The position numbers and the translations under genes were made by a program. The notes beneath the pieces were generated by a model. That model saw nothing but the letters and a program-made list of their open reading frames with translations, searched no databases and was not told the DNA's origin. Positions 52,741 to 64,000 of a stretch of 64,000 nt of DNA are shown here, one piece after another (the first letter of the stretch is position 1; the number at the start of each line of letters is the position of its first letter). Origin of the DNA: Octopus vulgaris (taxonomy: Eukaryota); NCBI GenBank assembly GCA_951406725.2, contig OX597817.1, positions 134,602,001-134,666,000 of the forward strand, read 5' to 3'.

Positions 52741-53134
52741 CCTATCTACTATAAGCACAAGGCCTAAAACTTTGGGGAAGACGGTAAGTTGATCACATCG
52801 ACCCCCAGTACGCAACTTGTACTTAATTTATCGACACCGAAAGGATGAAAGGCAAAGTCGACCTCGGCGGAATTTGAACTCAGAGCGTAACGGCAGACGA
52901 AATACCTATTTCTTTACTACTCACAAGGGGCTAAACACAGAGAGGACCAACAAGGACAGACAAACGGATTAAGTCGATTATATCGACCCCAGTGCGTAAC
53001 TGGTACTTAGTTTATCGACCCCGAAAGGATGAAAGGCAGAGTCGACCTCGGCGGAATTTGAACTCAGAACGTAACGGCAGACGAAATAACGCTAAGCATT
53101 TCGCCTGGCATGCTAACGTTTCTGCCAGCTTCCC
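52741..53134 (-). mobile_element. Dimeric SINE family C with TSD
   Basis: Reverse-complement homolog of 32820-33208; 16-bp TSD cgtgatattatacaat / cgtgatgttatataat (2 mismatches). Confidence 0.88.
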
Positions 53135-53632
53135 CGTGATGTTATATAATAACCCTTCCAAACTTCCATAGTTTGCTTGTCGCCAAATAGCTTCTGTACA
53201 AAGTACGCATTCTGCTCTATAGGGACCACCATAACTGCCACCTAATGATCACATATCACCACACAGTGGACATATAATTGGTTGATGCAACCAATTCGCC
53301 GCCTCGTATTTGCTGTAAGAGTACCACACAGCAGGACTGAACTCGGAACCAAAATTCTTGCCACGTAGCCACGCCTTTTATAAATATTATTTATTTGGTT
53401 GAGAGACGAAGCAGAAATCTGACCTAAGTTATTTGGTTTATCGTATTATTCCCTTCTTCATCATTCTTACAAATGGTGAAGTTTCAACAATGGTGGCACA
53501 GCGAACAAAAATTATCATAATTGACTTATTACCATGAATAACTTCACTCACTGCTCTGAACGTCATATCAAGATGATAAATCGATAGAGTCATGAAAGGA
53601 AATCAAAATGTTAGAATAAAGTAAAATATACA

Positions 53633-53709
<77 letters not shown>

Positions 53710-53784
53710 GTATATATATATGTGTGTGTGTGTGTGTATACATATATACACATATATATATATACATACAAATATATATATATA

Positions 53785-53837
<53 letters not shown>

Positions 53838-53902
53838 GGGGAGATAGATATACATATACGTATATATACATACACACACATACATATATATACGTGCATG
53901 TA

Positions 53903-53968
<66 letters not shown>

Positions 53969-54448
53969 GAAAGCCTGGATCTGATAATATTCTCGAACGC
54001 ATAAAATTTATTTTTGAAAAAAACTGTATCGATAAATGAAGAGAGGGAAAGGAAAAGATGCGTAGCCTGACTGAATCACTAAATAACTAAACAACTAAAT
54101 AAATAAATATATATATATAAATAAATAAATAAATAAACCCGCGTTATCAAAATAAATATCGTATATACATTCCTGCTGTTAATAAACTGACTGCAAGATT
54201 TGTATTAGTTTATCCACTCACAATTCTCAGCTGGGTACACATAGATTGGCAGCGAATTGAAAAGAAAATATAATGGGATAAATTTGGCAAAAAAAAGACA
54301 AAGAAAGAAGTCGGTATATTATATAGCAAACGAAACTATTGCATGCCAAATGATTGCCTGTGTGCCGTATATATTACCGCTACTAAATGTGATGGCTAGA
54401 ATTTTAAGAAGGTATGTATTATCATTGTTAATGTTGTTGTTGTTGTAG

Positions 54449-54479
<31 letters not shown>

Positions 54480-55272
54480 AGTTGTTGTCGTTGTTGTTGT
54501 CGTCATGTGTATTGCTATGCATATGGTGTTTGTAGATGGTATGCCGTAGGAAGAACACAATGCTGACGAAAGTTTCCGGTCCGAAACGTCAGGACGTTGA
54601 AATTTTCGTGGCGTAACTGTCGCAATACCTAATCTCTCTTATATTAGTTTAGTAAATTTAATCACTACAATGTCCACGTTGGCAGATCGGGTGGTGTGGA
54701 AGTCCTTGCCTAGAGCACCTCATTTCACATTGCATTGCCTCAGCCATTCAGTTCTATATGTGACAACCTGGCGTCCTGCTCAATGGGAAGGCCGTGATCT
54801 TAGCCTGAGTTATGGAAACCGGGTGACCAGCATTATGACCCCTACGACTCGAAACAACTATATTTAGGAGATGAGGGCAACGACCAGGATGATCACGACA
54901 ATGCATATTTTGCGAGCATTGCGGATTAAAGATGGTTTACTCGGACTCGGGTATGGTTTTTATATTATGATTTTGTTTGTTATTTGTAGACTACTGCGTT
55001 CTGAGTGGCTGTATTTAAACAATGTTCTTTCTTGCTTTACTTGCATAAGTCATTGAACGGAGGTCATGCTGGAGTACCGCTTTATATTTAGCCGAACAAG
55101 TTTTGTATTCACTCTATCGGTTTCTTTAGCCGAACAACTAACATGCGGAAACGTAAACAAGCGGGCACCGGTTGTCAAGCGATGGGTGGACTAACATACA
55201 TCCATTCATACATACATAAATATATGCATATGTGTATGTGTATATATATATATATGTGTGTGTGTGTGTATG

Positions 55273-55303
<31 letters not shown>

Positions 55304-55474
55304 ATGTGTGTGTGTGTGTGAGTGTGTAGAACATACTCCATTGATTGCAGGATTCAAAAAAGTTACAATACTTATATCTATTGCGATATATTTAATTCTA
55401 TAGAATTCTCCACCTTTCTCAATCTCTTTCCCTTTCCTACTCTTTCTGTCTGTCTCTCTCTCTCTCTCCCCCTC

Positions 55475-55529
<55 letters not shown>

Positions 55530-55589
55530 AGAAAGAGAGAGAGAGAGAGACAGACAGATATTTATATATATAAATTAATTAATAATACG

Positions 55590-55982
55590 CGCAGGCGTGG
55601 CTGTATGGTAAGGAGCTTGCTTACCAACCACATGGTTCTGGGTTCGGTCCCACTGCGTGGCATCTTAGGCAGTTGATTTCTACTATAGCCTCGAGCCAAG
55701 CAAGGCCTTTTGAGTGGATTTGATAGACGGAAACTGAAAGAAGCCCGTCATATATATACGTATATATTTGTTTCTTTGTGCTTGTGTCTGGGCCCCCTCC
55801 GCCATCGCTTCACAACAGATGCTGCTGTGTTTATATCCCCATATCGGCAAAAGAGACCGATAGTATGAGTAACAGGCTTCTAAAGAATAAGTCCAGGGGT
55901 CGATATCTTCGACTGAAAGGCGGTGCTCCAGCATGCCCCCAGTCAAAATGACTGAAGCAAATAGATGAATAAAAGAATAAAG
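55590..55982 (+). mobile_element. SINE family B, near full length
   Basis: gcaggcgtggctgtatggtaag...accaaccacatggttctgggttcggtccc...aggcggtgctccagcatg...gaataaaagaataaag. Confidence 0.88.
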
Positions 55983-56131
55983 GAAGCAGCCATGCGCAAT
56001 GAGTTACCATAACGAAAACGTAGAATTGTCTCTAAACGCAATTAAGGGCATCAAGACACCTACAGCTGCTAGAAAGAAGAGCTAAAGTGGTCTAATGCTG
56101 TAGCAAAAGCACAAAATAGTGTAGTACATAT

Positions 56132-56222
56132 ATTCTTCTTCTTCTTCTTCTTCTTCTTCTTCTTCTTCTTCTTCTTCTTCTTCTTCTTCTTCTTCTTCTT
56201 CTTCTTCTTCTTCTTCTTCTCT
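56132..56222. repeat. (TTC)n microsatellite
   Basis: Directly visible. Confidence 0.95.
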
Positions 56223-56242
56223 TCGTTATTGTTGTTGCTGTT

Positions 56243-56382
56243 TAGGCGGCGAGCTAGCAGAATCGTTAGCACACCAGACGTAATGTTTAGCGGTGTTTCG
56301 TTTGCCGCTACGTTCTGAGTTCCTATTCCACCTAGCTCAACTTTGCCTTTCATCTGTTCGGGGTCGGTAAATTAAGTACCAG
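56243..56382 (+). mobile_element. SINE family C, 3'-truncated
   Basis: aggcggcgagctagcagaatcgttagcac...ctttgcctttcatctgttcggggtcggtaaattaagtaccag. Confidence 0.8.
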
Positions 56383-56384
56383 GT

Positions 56385-57357
56385 ATTGAACCCAATGCCC
56401 TAATGACAATAGGGATAACCTTTATGTTCGACTCTCACAGCTGCCACATTTTAGCGATCTCCGTTCTTAGGTCTCCATATTCATCATGATAATATGTTGA
56501 TCTCCTGGCACTACTGCGTCGATTATTAGGCACTCTTGTTTGTCCCTTTTAAAGATTACTATATCTGGCCTTCGATGCTCTCATACCTTGTCTGTCTGGA
56601 AATCAAAGTCCCAGAGGATTTTTGTCTTCCCCCTTTCGTCCATTACTTTTTCTCCTGTATGTTGGTACCAAGTACCTGTAACCTCATATCCATACTTACA
56701 ACGTAGTAGCCAGTGAAGGTTTTGGGCTACCGTGTCATGACTACTTTTCTACTCTTTCTGCACAAGACTTTCACAAACACTAACCATGTGAATCAGGCTT
56801 TCGACCTTCTTCCTATACATTCTGCAGAGGTCTGATGCACTTGTGTGGCATATGTTCTTTTTCACTGAGTTGGTATTCAATGATTGGTCCTGGGCAGCGA
56901 TGATTAAGCTTTCAGTATTCTTTCGTAGGTCACCCTTGTTGAGCATACTGTAGTAGGTCTTGTTTGCTGTTTACCAAATATTCTGCCATGTTTTTTCTTA
57001 CACTTTTTTTGATGTACTCCCGTATGCTAATCATCCCACGTCCACTTTTACCTCTCTCCATGTAGAGTCTGTGTACATTTGCCTTAGGGTGGGAGGTACA
57101 ATGCATTGTCATTGTCTTTCGGGTAGTGCGATCGAGTTGGTCAGTCTCTGCTTATGTCCATTTCAGGATGGGTGCACTAAAGCGGACTACAGCAACAGAT
57201 CACATGTTGATGGCAGTCACAAGGTTCCTTGAGTTGAGTTTTGATTTCAAGCGAAGTTTAAGGCGCTTGAAATATGCAGTGGTGACCTTGTCTTTCATTT
57301 CTTTGTGCAAGATATTGTCCAGCTCCGGGAGGCCAAGGTACTAGTACCCATCATCAT
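56385..57357 (-). pseudogene. Decayed R4/Dong-like non-LTR retrotransposon: RT thumb, CCHC knuckle, restriction-like endonuclease
   Basis: Y*YLG...KSKLNSRNLVTAIN...LDRTTRKTMTMH..SHPKANVHRLYMERGKSGRG...TESLIIAAQDQSLNT..CRMY..ESLIHMVSVC..HDTVAQNLHW..KILWDFDFQTDKV*EHRRPDIVI. Confidence 0.88.
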
Positions 57358-57382
57358 CGTCGTCGTTGTTGCTGTTGTTATT

Positions 57383-57585
57383 AAGTTGGTGTGCTAACAA
57401 AATCGTTAGCACACTCGAGAAAATGCTTGGCGGCATTTCGTTTGTCTTTATGATCTGAATTCAAATTCTACCGAGGTCGACTTTGCATTTCAATTTTTGG
57501 GGAGTCGATAAAATAAATACTAGTTGTAATCGATTAACCTCCTCCACCAAAATTTGCTGGCCTTGGACCAAAATTTAAAACCATT
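57383..57585 (+). mobile_element. SINE family C monomer, diverged
   Basis: aaatcgttagcacactcg...ttcaaattctaccgaggtcgactttgc...gtcgataaaataaatactag. Confidence 0.7.
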
Positions 57586-57987
57586 ATTATTGTTGTTGTT
57601 TTTGCAGATTTTGCTATTATTATTATTGTCGTTGTTGTTGTTGTTGTTATTTCCTCGATATGCATTTTGGTTTAACAGAACGCGTTCATGAAAAGTTATT
57701 CGAGAACAAATAACGTTGTATGTACATTACGTATGATACATATATTGCTGCTTGAATTAAATGCTACATCAAATGCGTGGGCTATGTGTATGCATGTGTG
57801 TGCGTTAGTATCGAACAGTGAGAATGAGTGCTCAGCACTTCAATGGTGGGTAAATAGCCTCTATTTTTAGGTTAAAAAAAGATTTGCTAATGGTTTCATG
57901 TAGAGAGAACTCTCACAAAAATTATCAAACCAGCAATACGGGAACATCAGACATCGTCTCCGTCTTCGATGAAAATATACCTATATA

Positions 57988-58139
57988 ATGTATGTATGTA
58001 TGTATGTATGTATGTATGTATGTATGTATGTATGTATGTATGTATGTATGTATGTATGTATGTTTGTATGTATTCATGTATGTATGTATGTATGTATGTA
58101 TGTATGTATGTATGTATGTATGTATGTGTGTATGTATGC

Positions 58140-58170
<31 letters not shown>
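57988..58170. repeat. (TATG)n/(TA)n microsatellite
   Basis: Directly visible. Confidence 0.95.
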
Positions 58171-58867
58171 GTCGTCAGCTAACCGTGACTAAGGGTGCGA
58201 ATACACCTACATTGGTAGAAACAGAAGCTAAAATGTTCCAATGCTGTTATAAAGAACATACGATACATTCTGATAGGAGCTGCAATCGCCCCGAACACCT
58301 AACCTACAATTCCCTAGACTGACCCATCCGTTTCGGCTATTTTCGTTGTCACCGCCAGTAAGGCCAACTCGTTCGGCTTATTCTGGGTTACCTCGGCTAT
58401 CAGAAGATATATATTCATCAAAAATATTTATGGATGAATTAGCAGATCGATAATGCGTATAAAAAATTCATAAAAACAGCTGTTTGAAATGTTCTACCAT
58501 AAAGAATAATTATAGTTGAAGTAAACACGACTAGGGGTGTGAATACACCTTCATTGCTAGAAATAGATGCTAAAATTGTCCTACGCTCTTACAAAATGAC
58601 ACTGGAAATAGCAGTTTTTGTCAGTCTCCCTCTCTCTCTCTCACTCTCTCACTCTCTCTGTATCTCTCTCTCTCTCTCTCTCTCTCGCTCTCTCTCTTTC
58701 TGTATATATATGATTGCGTGTAGAAGACTATAATGCTCAAAAATATTGTCTGTCTAAACTCCATATAGCAAATGGAGTTTAGACAGGAAATTTAAACTGG
58801 TCGTGTGCATACGTATATATATATATATGTGTGTGTGCATACGTGTATATATGTAAGTATTCGTATG

Positions 58868-58940
<73 letters not shown>

Positions 58941-58965
58941 CATATTTATGTATTATTTTGTGTAG

Positions 58966-59023
58966 ATTCCACTGATGAGGCAAAGCATTTCTTATGCAAA
59001 GTCAGAAATCCGGGATCTGGAAT
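58966..59023 (+). ncRNA. Type I hammerhead ribozyme, canonical core
   Basis: attcca-CTGATGA-ggc aaa gcat ttctt atgc aaa gtc a-GAAA-tc cgg g-ATC-tggaat; predicted cleavage after 59017. Confidence 0.82.
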
Positions 59024-59304
59024 TATCCAATAATTTTTTGCTAGTTTATTTTGTCTCTTTGTCTTCTCTCCTGGTGACAGTATTAAGTTGTGACTGCCAT
59101 AACTAGAATGATGCTATCTTTTAGATTCCCTTAATAATAATTTTAATAATAATTATTACCTATGAGGGTTTTATTCCCATGCTAGCCACTTGATGTGATC
59201 GCTATTTTAAATAACGATCTTATCCTTATTTATATAAATCCATATATGCATATATATATATATATATATATGAGTGTGTGTGTGAGAATGTATATGTCGT
59301 TATA

Positions 59305-59554
59305 TGTCGCTTTAAAAGTATATACTGTGAGTAAGGCCGAGTGACTGCCCTCTCTAGCCGGCGATTGCCCTGTACCGAGGAAGAGAAATCAACCAGAAAC
59401 CATTGGTCTGCAGGTGTTGCTTCGGGTAGTAAGAGGGCAGTATATGAAAACAGATCATGTGTAGGTAGCCAGCTGGAAATATGTTTACCTGAGGCTAAAA
59501 TGTAGTCACATCGTCCTACGTAGGACTGTTACGTTACGTTGGCAAATAGACTTT
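59305..59554 (+). mobile_element. HHR-bearing PLE-like terminal element, homolog of 42786-43054
   Basis: Colinear homology along the whole length. Confidence 0.75.
59369..59414 (+). ncRNA. Hammerhead ribozyme, C4 variant with weak stem II
   Basis: cctgta-CCGAGGA-agagaaatcaacca-GAAA-cc att g-GTC-tgcagg. Confidence 0.55.
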
Positions 59555-60207
59555 CTTGACTTTACCTTTCCCTTGGATAAGATCAGTGGCTTGGAGAGAG
59601 GAGGCTGGTATGCATAGGTGACTGCTGGTTTTCCATAAATAGAGCCCTAGGTTGTACCCCGGAGGAGAACATCTTAGCTGCAGAGCATGGTCATTCGTGA
59701 CCGACAGAGTCGAGAAAGTTTTTTTATACGCAGCTACAAATGCGCATTTATTGTTCCTTTGTACATAAACATGCGCTAGTTATCAAGCATAATCATAACC
59801 CACCCAGTAGCATCAATCCGTTGACACATTCGTGGCAGTTTAGCCTTGAATGTTACCAACGTCTCTGTCACACTGGTTCCATCCTCAAGTTTGGATTCAA
59901 CCTTCAGGTTTACAAACCGAAACTTTTCATACTTCATATGTGTTCTATTGTCAGGCCCTCTCATGTTGTACGCAGTTAAGTGAACGGTGGATTATCTGCG
60001 GCCAATATTGTGCATAAACCCTTCCAAGGCTAACTGAAATGAAGACAGTGATCTCTCTCAACCTTAAGTTCTTAATTTGGTGACAAATTTAAGGCTCTTT
60101 TAAATTAAACTGAATAGATTTTATCGTGTGTCCGGCAATCTCGGACTGATGAAATGCTAAAGTTAAGTCGATTGGGTTTTGGTCGTAGAATATACTAAAT
60201 AGGGCTT

Positions 60208-60525
60208 GTGAAGCTACATGGCTCAATGGTAAGAGTGACGGGCTCACAATCATGAGGTAGTGAGTTCGATTCCTGGGCCGGACTGTGTGTTGTGTTCTTG
60301 AATAAGACACTTTATTTCACATTGCTCCAGTTCACTCAGCTGTAGAAATGAGTTGCGACATCACTGGTGCCAAGCTATATCGACTTTGCCTTTCTCTTGA
60401 GTAACATCGGTGGCGTGGAGAGGAGAAGGCTGGTATGCATGGGCGACTGGTCTTCCATAAACAACCTTGCGTCGAAGGGTAACATTCTAAGAGCAATCTC
60501 GTGGTCATTCATAGCCGACGGAGGT
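60208..60525 (+). mobile_element. SINE family D, tail type 3
   Basis: tggctcaatggtaag (A box-like), gagttcgattcc (B box-like), gtgttcttgaataagacactttatttcac core; tail also present at 59565-59710. Confidence 0.82.
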
Positions 60526-61742
60526 GAATTTCAACTACATAAGATTGTATTGTGTGTAAGGAGATGGTGGAATGCGGCAAAAAAAAAACGCGTTTAGTTA
60601 TAGCTTGTGTACCAGACAATAATAGATGTTATTTCTCAATCTTTCGAAGTTAACATAATAACTATCAGATATGTAATAGTGTAGAATACTTAAATTGGAC
60701 CTTCTTCTAATATGTTATTCTTTACCAAGTAGATGCATTATCTACTGTAGACTTTCCATTAAAATTAGCTCTCTTTTAATCTCTCGGGATTATTTAAGTT
60801 TAGAAAGCTCACGAATATTTTCCATTAAATATGAAATAATCATAATATGCTTGGTGAGTCTCGGTGAATTACTAAATTATCTTCAGTTTTTATAAGGTTA
60901 AGAAATGGTGAAAAGTTTTGCTCCGCTTATAAAATTAGTATATCTCTGTTAACTTTTTTATGCAAGCAGCTATGTTACGCCATTACGTCTGCTTACAATG
61001 GTGAATTAAACTTCGATCCTTGTTTGCAGCTAGAGCCTGTATGGGAGGATATAAACGTATAGCAGGATATAAAGCAGGAATTTTAAGGCAACGTATCTCA
61101 GATATTATCGTTTTATTCATCAGTGCTGCCTTATAAGACGCGATACAGACCAGTTATTTCAACGATAATTTCTTAAGTTTTTTTTGTCTTTTATTTCATA
61201 TTTTTTGAACACTGGATATTTTTTCCAGTTCCATGTATATGCAGAATTATTTACCGTTTCTTTCGTTTCGTATTTTCAAAATCACACTTTTTTAATTTAA
61301 TTTTTCTGTTGCAAAACAACCTTTTATAAATGATTCTATTACAACTGTGACACAGATAAATTGACAGTTATAAATGTATATAAATGTTTTTGATACGGCG
61401 TGAAATTAAATGACTTCGGCTGCAATAAATAAAATATTTATTAAATTCAAATGAAAATTTGTTTTCAATTGTGTTCACGTCATTTGTTTGGAAGCAAGAA
61501 AGACTATATTTATCAACTATTTAATTGCCGTTGTCGTTATTATATTTTGGCGTTTTGTTAAATGTAATAGTCCAGTGACAGCTGGCGTTTGGTGATAGTT
61601 TCATTAGAATGTGGAAGGGGGACAATGGATTGACAGAGAGGGTAAAAGGGAGAGAAGATATATTTTGGAGTCATTACTTCTGTCGCTTTAAGTTCAAATC
61701 TTAGCGGAGTAAACTCAGTCTTTCGTGATTTAAATGTTAGGC

Positions 61743-61998
61743 CACTGGTTTTCAACTGGATTATATAGGACCTTTCGGGTTCACTTAAAATCTAGTTGTT
61801 GAAAATTATGTGCAACAAATTAGTTATTCTTCTACAATATAGAAAATATTTTAACAAATTTTTTTAATAATATTCCAGTTAATATGTAATTATGAAAATA
61901 TAATGAATGTGTTAAAAAGTTCGAATGACTCTGGGGATTCAGTACAGCAAAAGAGGAAGCAAATGGGTCCACAGGCATAAAATAGTCTAGAACCACTG
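61743..61998. mobile_element. hAT-like MITE, old
   Basis: Ends cactggttttcaactgg / gggtccac...ctagaaccactg. Confidence 0.4.
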
Positions 61999-63501
61999 CG
62001 TTAGATAAAATAAATACTGAACAAGTAATGAAGTTGAGGATAAACGACTTTATTTAAGCCTTGAAATTCTATCTCCATGTCTGTAAAAATAAAACACATT
62101 GCAACAACAGTTAAGCGTAATTATTTGTATTTACATATTTTCTGGGATGGATTTTCATCCTTTCGAAATCTATACCAGTTATACATAAGGGGTAGCTATA
62201 ATACACTTTTCCTGTTCAAAACTTCTGTCGTTTACACCTATATTAGAAGTCATTAAACGGGATGTTTTCGTTCAGAAATGGTTGCAGTCTGATTTATGCA
62301 GTTTTCCGTAATATGTCCTTACAATAATCTAGATTCTTAATTGCAAATCATCTGAGTGGTTCTAATCTCACTTTCATTGTTTCAAAATAAATAAAGTAAG
62401 GGTGATGTGGAGTTCTCCATTGAATGTCTTATATTATGTAATTCAGTACTTGACTTAGACTTGGGTGCTCTCTCATCCGACGGCGGATGAGGCAGTCAAA
62501 GTATTCCTACTGAGTCGGTAAGCCGCCACCGACAGTGCTTGGTTCTATCCTAGGTTTACCATCTTAAGATCCCTATAGATTATCTGTTGCCAGTTCAAAT
62601 TGGGACCTCCAAGCACCGTTGCTCCTGGGGTTCTACGGAAAGACTAGGTTGGTGAATGTCTTTCTCGCGAGTCATATGACAACTCATTCGGTGCTTCCTA
62701 ATGGTTTTGTTCGGTGCCTAACTATTCGAAATTAAAACCCAGGGGATAATTGTCAATTAATCAATGCATGCATTTCTCCGTTACGTGTGCTGTAAAGAAT
62801 TAATTCTAACACATTCGGGCGAGATTTATAGATTAGAATTCTAAAATAAAACGAAAACTTGTGTGAGATATCGTGACATGCCGTGAATACAACAGCTAAG
62901 GCTTTGTCAGATCATAACCTAGCATCTAAAACAAAGCGGGGTCACACACACACACACACACATACACAGTAACGAGGTCTGAGTTGATACAGAGAAATAT
63001 ATCTTCCATTTAAGTGTGTGAGTGATTTACAACTTTAGATTGCAGTGGAAGTTCGAAAATAACATGTACTTGATTTTATTCTTGCTGCGTAAAATATAGG
63101 AATGTTGGTTAGACACTAATTTAAAGGTAATAATTGTAAGACTGTTTGTTTACACAGAAGCGCTACGCTGTATATCTTTTCTTTACGCTTGCTCGCTTAT
63201 GAGTTACTTTCGAGTGATGAAGTTGCAGTGTATTGATGGTTGGTGCAACTGAGTTTAGTTTAGATTGTATGGAGTTGGTTACAGTGGTTAGAATAGACTA
63301 GGTTTTGTGAGAATCTAGGTTTTGTAATAGTTTATGATTTTTAGTAGAACTTTTATTGTAAAGTTTTACTTCATGCTCTGGGGGCTGGGGTGTTCAGTAA
63401 ACAATTTCAAGAATGTTTTCACTGCACGTATGCTTTAAGATTGCACGGTGGGTTATACCATATTGTTTCATATTGTACAGAGTTGTGTGATTATCTTTTT
63501 T

Positions 63502-63595
63502 TTTCTTCTTCTTCTTCTTCTTCTTCTTCTTCTTCTTCTTCTTCTTCTTCTTCTTCTTCTTCTTCTTCTTCTTCTTCTTCTTCTTCTTCTTCTTC
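63502..63595. repeat. (TTC)n microsatellite
   Basis: Directly visible. Confidence 0.95.
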
Positions 63596-64000
63596 CGAGA
63601 AGCCGCTGCAGATAAGAGAATCTCTAATAATTATCAAAATCATTAAAAATGTCTTCTATTACATTCTAATATACATGTATTAGAATTTTCTCTGATTTTT
63701 CAGATTTTTTGTATGCTAGACTACTGGTTTTAAATTGATATTAAAATTAATATTAATTTATCATTATTTAAATATTGAAATAAATACGTTCTCTAGTAGC
63801 AAGCACTAACCGCAGTGAATTATTTAATGCAGTTCTTCGCTTCAGGAATTTTTTAGCGTGCCGGAACTAAGACATCTCTAATGTAATCGCTAAAACTAAA
63901 CACATGTCTCTTTTTGGCACAGAAAGCTGGGGTTAGTTTTTTCAAATTGCATTTACACTGAACGATTGTACTGATGAAGACGCGGACATTTGAATTATGT

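Noticed and set aside
54563-54595. CTGACGA...ccGAAACGTC motif
   Set aside because: The 5' strand of stem I is absent, probably truncated; not called functional.
63971-64000. CTGATGA at the window edge
   Set aside because: The rest of any motif lies outside the window.

Overview
AT-rich, intron-like or intergenic eukaryotic DNA. No intact host gene can be supported, and nearly all listed ORFs are microsatellite artefacts ([12 protein letters not shown] runs). The mix of repeats resembles an octopus or other coleoid cephalopod genome (inference): very dense (TA)n/(TG)n/(CATA)n/(TAGA)n arrays, several tRNA-headed SINE families with swapped tails, mariner/pogo/hAT relics and an R4/Dong-like LINE fragment. 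The most notable signal is a set of short Penelope-like element (PLE) derivatives, mostly beside or inside (TA)n arrays, built as fold-back palindromes or direct tandem repeats and carrying type I hammerhead ribozyme (HHR) motifs. By eye I find 13 motifs with a canonical or variant core, plus about 8 decayed ones. They include a non-coding double-HHR element with retrozyme-like layout and a 566-nt cleavage-to-cleavage unit (24806-25865), a 310-bp palindrome with no mismatch found and an HHR on each strand (21394-22087), a family with a compensatory U3:A8 core (17.3, 44.5 and 44.9 kb), and C4 core variants. GIY-YIG endonuclease remnants inside two of these elements tie them to PLEs. All structures were read manually; no folding or database search was run.
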